This document shows, piece after piece, positions 58,735 to 64,000 of a stretch of DNA of 64,000 nucleotides. The translations under genes were made by a program, and so were the position numbers. This stretch comes from Planctomycetota bacterium (lineage in GTDB: Bacteria; Planctomycetota; JAJSAM01; JAJVHW01): positions 128,001 to 192,000 of the forward strand of contig CBDFJG010000002.1 in assembly GCA_965248445.1 (NCBI GenBank), read 5' to 3'. The notes under the pieces are model-generated. The model was not told the origin of the DNA. It ran no database searches and saw nothing but the letters and a program-made list of their open reading frames with translations. Each line of letters opens with the position of its first letter. The first letter of the stretch is position 1.

Positions 58735-59598
58735 ATGGAACGCATGCTGGTGATCGGTGCAGGCACGATGGGGCGCGGCATCGCGCACGTCGGAGCGCTC
58801 TCTGACTTCGACGTCGCCCTGTACGACGTGAACCAGGAGCAAGTGCAGTCCGCGCTCGGCGCGGTGCGCAAGAACATGGAGAAGGGCGTCGTGCGCGGGA
58901 AGCTCGCGCAGGACGCCATGGACGCGGGACTTGCGCGTCTGCGCGCGAGCACCGACATGGCGGCCGACGCGGCCACAGCAGACGTGGTGGTCGAGGCGGT
59001 CTACGAGAACCTCGACCTCAAGCGCCAACTGGTCTCCGAGCTCGACACGGCCATGCCGGCGGACTCGATCCTCGGCAGCAACACGTCGTCGCTCTCGCTG
59101 ACGAAGATCGCCGCCGCCGCCACCCGTCCTGAGCGCGTGATCGGGATGCACTTCTTCAACCCGGTCCACATCATGAAGCTCCTCGAGATCGTGATGGCCG
59201 AGCAGACCTCCGACGAGACGCTCGCACGCACACATGCGCTCGCCGGACGACTGGACAAGACAGCCATCGTCGTGCGGGACGTGCCGGGCTTCGCGACGAG
59301 CCGCCTCGGCGTCTGCCTCGGCCTCGAGGCGATGCGGATGGTCGAGCAGAACGTCGCAAGCCCTGCCGACATCGACACCGCTCTCGAACTCGGCTACCGC
59401 CACCCGATGGGCCCACTCAAGCTGACCGACCTCGTGGGCCTCGACGTGCGTCTTGCCATCGCCGACCACCTGCACAACGAACTCGGCGGCGACCAGTACA
59501 AGGCGCCGGACCTACTGCGCCGGATGGTCGCGGAGGGGAAGACGGGGAAGAAGTCCGGCCAGGGGTTCTACACCTGGCAAGACGGCAAGCCCGTCTGA
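58735..59598 (+). CDS. 3-hydroxyacyl-CoA (3-hydroxybutyryl-CoA) dehydrogenase
   Basis: VIGAGTMGRGIA, EAVYE, SNTSS, GMHFFNP, HPMGPL.LTDLVGLD, GKKSGQGFY. Confidence 0.95.
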   Translation: MERMLVIGAGTMGRGIAHVGALSDFDVALYDVNQEQVQSALGAVRKNMEKGVVRGKLAQDAMDAGLARLRASTDMAADAATADVVVEAVYENLDLKRQLVSELDTAMPADSILGSNTSSLSLTKIAAAATRPERVIGMHFFNPVHIMKLLEIVMAEQTSDETLARTHALAGRLDKTAIVVRDVPGFATSRLGVCLGLEAMRMVEQNVASPADIDTALELGYRHPMGPLKLTDLVGLDVRLAIADHLHNELGGDQYKAPDLLRRMVAEGKTGKKSGQGFYTWQDGKPV

Positions 59599-59603
59599 GC
59601 GAG

Positions 59604-60356
59604 CTAGATCCGCTTCATGAACTCGGCAGCAAGGGTCCACATCAGGACGAACGCTGCGACGCCTCCCAACGTGCCGAGGAAGTAGAACACGTACATGGCC
59701 GCCACCCGCCACACGGCGCCGAAGACCCCGACGCGGAAGTAGCCGTGGATGGCCCACCCCCAGTACAGGACCATCACCACGTTCCCGGCGATGAAGTACC
59801 ACAGGTATCCGAGGGGGTAGATCACCAGCAACGCGATGTTGAGCGCCGTTGAGTGCCCGACCGCGTAGAGCGTGAACGCTGCGCACTCGGCGTAACTGCG
59901 GGCGCGGCTGAACTGCAAGACCCAGAGAGCCGCGGCGCAGAGGAACACCCCGGCGATCGTGAAGACGATCAGGAAGCGCCCGACGACGGCGAGCGCGGCG
60001 TGGTGCGGCGCCTCACCCGAGGCCGTGCCCATCGTCGTCGGAATCGAGGGGTTCACGACGAGCATCACGGCGAACAGCACGACCAAGTACCTGAACGGGG
60101 GGAAGCGGTCGGCGCGATGCCCCGCCACGTACTCGCTGATGAACGCGCCCGGCCGGGTCGTGAGCCCTCGCAGCGTACGCATGAATCGGGAATCGAGATC
60201 CGTGAACGTGGAGAACGCGTCGCCGATCAGCGTGCGCGTCCGCAGCCGCGGGCGCCGGTTGTCCTGACCGCAGGCGTGGCACCAGCGCCCCCGTGCCGGC
60301 GTGTCGCAGTTCGGGCAGGTCGAGACCGCCGCGCCCCCGGATTCCCGCTCTTCCAC
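59604..60356 (-). CDS. DUF3667 domain membrane protein
   Basis: CPNC...CHACGQ zinc ribbon, RTLRGL..RPG....EY..G.R....PPFRY, then several TM helices. Confidence 0.88.
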   Translation of the reverse strand: MEERESGGAAVSTCPNCDTPARGRWCHACGQDNRRPRLRTRTLIGDAFSTFTDLDSRFMRTLRGLTTRPGAFISEYVAGHRADRFPPFRYLVVLFAVMLVVNPSIPTTMGTASGEAPHHAALAVVGRFLIVFTIAGVFLCAAALWVLQFSRARSYAECAAFTLYAVGHSTALNIALLVIYPLGYLWYFIAGNVVMVLYWGWAIHGYFRVGVFGAVWRVAAMYVFYFLGTLGGVAAFVLMWTLAAEFMKRI

Positions 60357-60378
60357 GGGCGGAGGATACGCTCTGGGC

Positions 60379-60840
60379 ATGTCCAGACCGTCCGTGCGAA
60401 TAGAGACCACGCTCCCCGCAACCCCCGACGCCCTCTTCCGCGGCTTCACCGACGCCGAGCTGTTCGGCAAGTGGTTCATGGTGGACTGGGGGGAACGCTG
60501 CACCGCCGACGTTCGCGTCGGCGGCCGCTACGAGCTACACGGCAAGACGCCGCACGGAACGCCCGTCTGGTGCGAGGGCGAGTACAAGACCGTCGACGCG
60601 CCGAACCACATCCGCTTCACGTTCCTCTGGCACGGCAACCCCGACGTCGAGTTCTCGAACGTGCCGGAGACGTGGCCGCAGCCGATGGACGTGACGCTGC
60701 GCGCCGTCGAGGGCGGCACCGAGGTGACGTTCGTGCACGAGGAGGTCGCGCACGAGAAGAGCGGCCAGGGCCACGAAGGTGCGTGGCGCATGGGGCTGAA
60801 GATGCTCGGTGAGCTCGTGGCGGCGGAAGGCGGCGCGTGA
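60379..60840 (+). CDS. SRPBCC/AHSA1 domain protein
   Basis: FTDAELFGKW, DVRVGGRY, GEY..VD.P..IRFT..W, HEGAW. Confidence 0.9.
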   Translation: MSRPSVRIETTLPATPDALFRGFTDAELFGKWFMVDWGERCTADVRVGGRYELHGKTPHGTPVWCEGEYKTVDAPNHIRFTFLWHGNPDVEFSNVPETWPQPMDVTLRAVEGGTEVTFVHEEVAHEKSGQGHEGAWRMGLKMLGELVAAEGGA

Positions 60841-61295
60841 CGACGGCTGCGCCTCCGCGCACGCCCGCCCGCCCGGGGCTGGCACGGACGCCGCGACTGC
60901 GGCGCGCGGTGATGTGGTGTGTGGCGGCGCCGTTCATGGTCGTCATCGGCTGGGCCCTGCTGAGTCTGATCGCGTGGCACGTGCTGCCGGAGCCGGAGCC
61001 GTACCCGAACACCGTGTGGCTCTGCGAGACCGCGGCGCGTCCGCATGCCGACCCGCGTCTGTCTCCCGATGGTCCACCGGTGGTCGACTGGCGCGTCGGC
61101 ACAATGCGCGCGGTGGGCACACCGGAACGCATCGACGGGGCCATGGTCTTTCCGGGAGAGAACTTCACGCGCAAGTTGCGCACACTCCTCGAGGTTCCGA
61201 CGCACTCCGTCGGCTGCGCGCGTCCCAGCTCGCGCCCACGCGGCCGCGTAGTGAACATGGACGGCGAGACCTGGGTCGAGTTCTCGAACCACTAG
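60837..61295 (+). CDS. Hypothetical single-TM protein
   Basis: GTGA overlap with SRPBCC; one hydrophobic helix. Confidence 0.45.
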   Translation: MTTAAPPRTPARPGLARTPRLRRAVMWCVAAPFMVVIGWALLSLIAWHVLPEPEPYPNTVWLCETAARPHADPRLSPDGPPVVDWRVGTMRAVGTPERIDGAMVFPGENFTRKLRTLLEVPTHSVGCARPSSRPRGRVVNMDGETWVEFSNH

Positions 61296-61328
61296 TCCGT
61301 CGCACCGCAGATGCGTAGAAGCGGACGC

Positions 61329-61994
61329 CTACTTCTCGGTAGCGCGCTCCAGTTCGGCGGCCTTCGCCTCGAGTTCTGCCGCCTTCTTGCGGAGCTTGGC
61401 GGCTTCCTCGCGCAGCTTCTGCGCTTCCTCGAGCAGACGCTCTGTACGCTTCGTGTCCGGGACCGGCGTGTCGCCGGCCTTCGCCTTGTCGCGGTTCGCG
61501 CGGATCTCTGCCCAGACCCTCTTCTCCATCTCGGGCACGTCCCCGCGACAGCCCGCCACGTCGAGCGTCTCGAGGTTCACGATCGCTCCGAGTGACGCCA
61601 GCCTGGCGTCCGTGAAGCTGGGTCACGGCAAGGAGAGGCGCAACGTCTCCAACTGGGTCAGCGCGCCGAGCGCGGCGAACTCCTTGTCGTAGAGGAACGG
61701 GTCCCCCACGAGGGTCAGCGAACGCAGCTTCTTGAAGTGCGCGAGCATCTCGAGGGTGCGGAGGTCGATCTGGTTGCTGGGATTCGAGATCGACAGCGTC
61801 GTGAGCCCCGGCGTGCGGCGCACAAGCGCCGCGACCAGATCCGGCCCGTCGATGCGCACGCGCACCGACGTCGTCTCCGAGGGGAGTTCCTCCACCTGAT
61901 CCAGGCGGGTGAGCCACGGCTTCTCCTGCGCGGTCGCCGGGCTCGCAACGAACGCGAGCGCGAGAGCAAAGAGAGCGGTCTGAGCGAGTCGCAT
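61329..61994 (-). CDS. Secreted leucine-rich-repeat protein with in-frame TGA (candidate selenoprotein, Sec124)
   Basis: ORFs 61623-61994 and 61329-61580 are in the same frame, separated only by TGA (61625-61623). The LRR register continues across it: LETLRLSLP*PSFTDARLASLGAIVNLETLDVAGC. Confidence 0.75.
61585..61618 (-). promoter_or_regulatory. Bacterial SECIS-like hairpin
   Basis: After UGA: GCUUC-acg-GACGCCA-[GGC]-UGGCGUC-acuc-GGAGC; the apical loop starts with G, 19 nt downstream of UGA. Confidence 0.6.
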
Positions 61995-62067
61995 GTGAGG
62001 CCTCCTTCTCCATCGTGCCGGGAGACCCGTGCTGGATTCCCGCGCGCTCGTCCCGTACGAGGGATGC

Positions 62068-62343
62068 ATGGCGATGTTCCCCACCAGGAACCCCTTCGCG
62101 CTGGCGGCGTACTACCTCGGCCTCTTCGGGCTCATCCCCTACGTCGGCATCGCGCTCGGCCCCGTGGCGATCCTGCTCGGCATCGCGGGGCTCGCGAAGT
62201 CGCGGAAGGACCCGAAGGCACAGGGCGGCGGGCACGCGTGGACCGGGATCGTCACCGGGACGATCGGACTGGTCGTCTGGGGAGGCGCGGCGCTCGGCTA
62301 CTGGGTGCTGCCGTTCCGCAACCCGCTCGACATGGGCGGCTAG
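62068..62343 (+). CDS. Small membrane protein (DUF4190-like)
   Basis: NPFALAAYYLG...GPVAILLGIAGL...GGGHAWTGIVTG. Confidence 0.75.
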   Translation: MAMFPTRNPFALAAYYLGLFGLIPYVGIALGPVAILLGIAGLAKSRKDPKAQGGGHAWTGIVTGTIGLVVWGGAALGYWVLPFRNPLDMGG

Positions 62344-62349
62344 AGCCGG

Positions 62350-63312
62350 CTACTCCGCGCCGGGTTCGATCAGGACGCGATACAGCTCGCTCTTCGGCGA
62401 GATCACCAGCGTGTGGTTCCGTCCGACGATCTTGGTGTACGTCTCGAGCGTGCGCCAGAACGCGTAGAAGTCGGCGTCCTTCTCGTACGCATCCGCAAAG
62501 ATGCGCGCGGCGTCGGCGTCCGCCTTCGCAACGATCTCGAGCGCCTTGCGCTCCGCCTCGGAACTGATCGTCTTCTGCTCGCGCTCGACCTCGCCCTGGA
62601 TCTCGGCCTTGCGTCCGCCGCCCTCGGAACGGAAGCGCTCCGCGATGCGGTTGCGCTCCGAGATCATGCGCGCGTACACGGCCTGGCGCACGTCCTTGCG
62701 GTAGTTCAGGCGCTTGATGCGGATGTCCTTCAACTCGATGCCGTAGTTCAGCGCGAGCACCTTGGCGGACGCGAGGATGCGCTGCTCGATGACGTCGCGG
62801 CCCTCTTCCACGCGTTCGATCTGGTCCGTCGAGACACCGATCGTGTCCTGGTGGTCGGAGGACACCGTCGGTTCGTCGATCACACGATTCGACGCGCGGA
62901 CGACCTCCACCAGCCGGTGCGCGCTGATCTGGTCGCGCGTCGCCGAGTCGAGGATGTCGTCGAGGCGCGTCTGCGCGCCCTCGTTCGTGCGCACTGTCTG
63001 CAGGAACAGCAGCGGGTCGACGATCCGCCAGCGGGCCGTCGTGTCGATCCAGATGAAGCGCTTGTCCGCGGTCGGCACCTCGTTGCGGTGACCGTCCCAC
63101 TCCATGATGCGCTTGTCGAAGCGCTTGACTTCCTGCACGAACGGCGTCCGGAAGTAGAGCCCGGCCTCCGTGACCGGCTCGCCCCGCGGATCGCCGAACT
63201 GCGTGATGATCACCTGCTCCCACTCGCGAACAACGTACATCGAGGACGACAGCGCGAGGAACGCCGCCGCGCCGACGATCACGAGAGTCACACCGCCGAG
63301 GCCCTTCTTCAT
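62350..63312 (-). CDS. hflC: FtsH modulator HflC
   Basis: N-terminal TM, QVIITQFG, PFVQ.V..FDKRI, RMISER.RIA..FRSEG, FYAFWRTLETY. Confidence 0.95.
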   Translation of the reverse strand: MKKGLGGVTLVIVGAAAFLALSSSMYVVREWEQVIITQFGDPRGEPVTEAGLYFRTPFVQEVKRFDKRIMEWDGHRNEVPTADKRFIWIDTTARWRIVDPLLFLQTVRTNEGAQTRLDDILDSATRDQISAHRLVEVVRASNRVIDEPTVSSDHQDTIGVSTDQIERVEEGRDVIEQRILASAKVLALNYGIELKDIRIKRLNYRKDVRQAVYARMISERNRIAERFRSEGGGRKAEIQGEVEREQKTISSEAERKALEIVAKADADAARIFADAYEKDADFYAFWRTLETYTKIVGRNHTLVISPKSELYRVLIEPGAE

Positions 63313-64000
63313 CGCGGCCCCCCGCCGTCGAGCGGAAGCAGCTTCAGGACACCGCCGGCGTCGTCGGCCACGATGATCCGGGACACGTTCGGAAGGACCG
63401 CCTCGAGCATCTCCATGTACATGCGGTGCCGCGTGACACGAGGCGCGCGCTCGTACTCGAGCCGGAGTGCCTCGAACTGGGCGACCGCGCCCTTCGCGCG
63501 GTTCACGCGGTCGATCGCGTAGCCCTCGGACTCGGCGATGCGTTTCTTCGCTTCACCCCGGGCGAGCGGGATGACGCGGTTGTAGTCCTGCATCGCCTCA
63601 TTCTCGGCGCGGCTACGCTCCTGCTCCGCCTTGTTGACCTCGTTGAAGCTCTGCGCGACCTCTTCGGGCGGCGTGACGTCCTGCAACTGCACAGTCAGGA
63701 TCTGCACGCCTGACTCGTAGTCGTTCAGCGTGCGTTGGAGCTCCGACTGGCTGAGACCCGCGATCGACTCGCGGCCGACGAGCACCTCGTCGATCGAGTG
63801 CTCGCCAACGACCGCGCGCATGGCGGATTCGGCGAGATCACGAATCGTCTTCTCCTGCGCGTGCAGGTTGAACAGCCAATCCTTGGGCTGGAGTATCTGG
63901 TACTGCACGACCCAGTCGATGCTCACTAGGTTCAGATCACCCGTGAGCATCAGCTTGGTCTCGCGGTCCTCCTCGGTGTTCTGGCGGTACTGCGTCCGCA
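63309..64000 (-). CDS. hflK: FtsH modulator HflK (C-terminal part; start outside the window)
   Basis: MLTGDLNLV, ESAMRAVVG, LQDVTPP..V..SFNEV, PLARGEA, APRVTRHRMY. Confidence 0.95.
   Translation of the reverse strand, partial: RTQYRQNTEEDRETKLMLTGDLNLVSIDWVVQYQILQPKDWLFNLHAQEKTIRDLAESAMRAVVGEHSIDEVLVGRESIAGLSQSELQRTLNDYESGVQILTVQLQDVTPPEEVAQSFNEVNKAEQERSRAENEAMQDYNRVIPLARGEAKKRIAESEGYAIDRVNRAKGAVAQFEALRLEYERAPRVTRHRMYMEMLEAVLPNVSRIIVADDAGGVLKLLPLDGGGPR

Noticed and set aside
61623..61625. TGA reassignment (genetic code 4 or 25) as the explanation of the LRR read-through
   Set aside because: TGA clearly terminates conserved genes here (rtcB, metH, liuB, tal) and forms ATGA/GTGA overlaps.
1..64000. 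CRISPR arrays, tRNA/rRNA, transposases, prophage or canonical defence systems
   Set aside because: No repeat-spacer periodicity, RNA-gene signatures or diagnostic protein motifs were seen.

Overview
High-GC (roughly 70% by eye), gene-dense bacterial window, probably from an uncultured Planctomycetota-like lineage; this is inferred from the two carboxypeptidase-regulatory-like repeat proteins, the Ig-like surface protein and the many orphan lipoproteins. It holds central carbon genes (tkt, tal, pgi, fbp), rtcB, a SahR-like ArsR-methyltransferase regulator coupled to metH, hrpB, sfsA, ETF-QO, a large acyl-CoA/leucine-catabolic region and hflKC. No rRNA, tRNA, CRISPR array or transposase was recognised. 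Top finding: a candidate new selenoprotein at 61329-61994 (-). It is a secreted leucine-rich-repeat protein whose in-frame TGA sits at the LRR Cys position, is followed by a bacterial SECIS-like hairpin, and lies one repeat away from a Cys. Other observations: a TPR-CHAT lipoprotein lacking the catalytic core, a 30-bp inverted-repeat (MITE-like) element after metH, a palindromic operator over the sahR start, an sfsA start or frameshift anomaly, a monoheme CxxCH-TPR protein, and repeated leaderless-promoter signatures.
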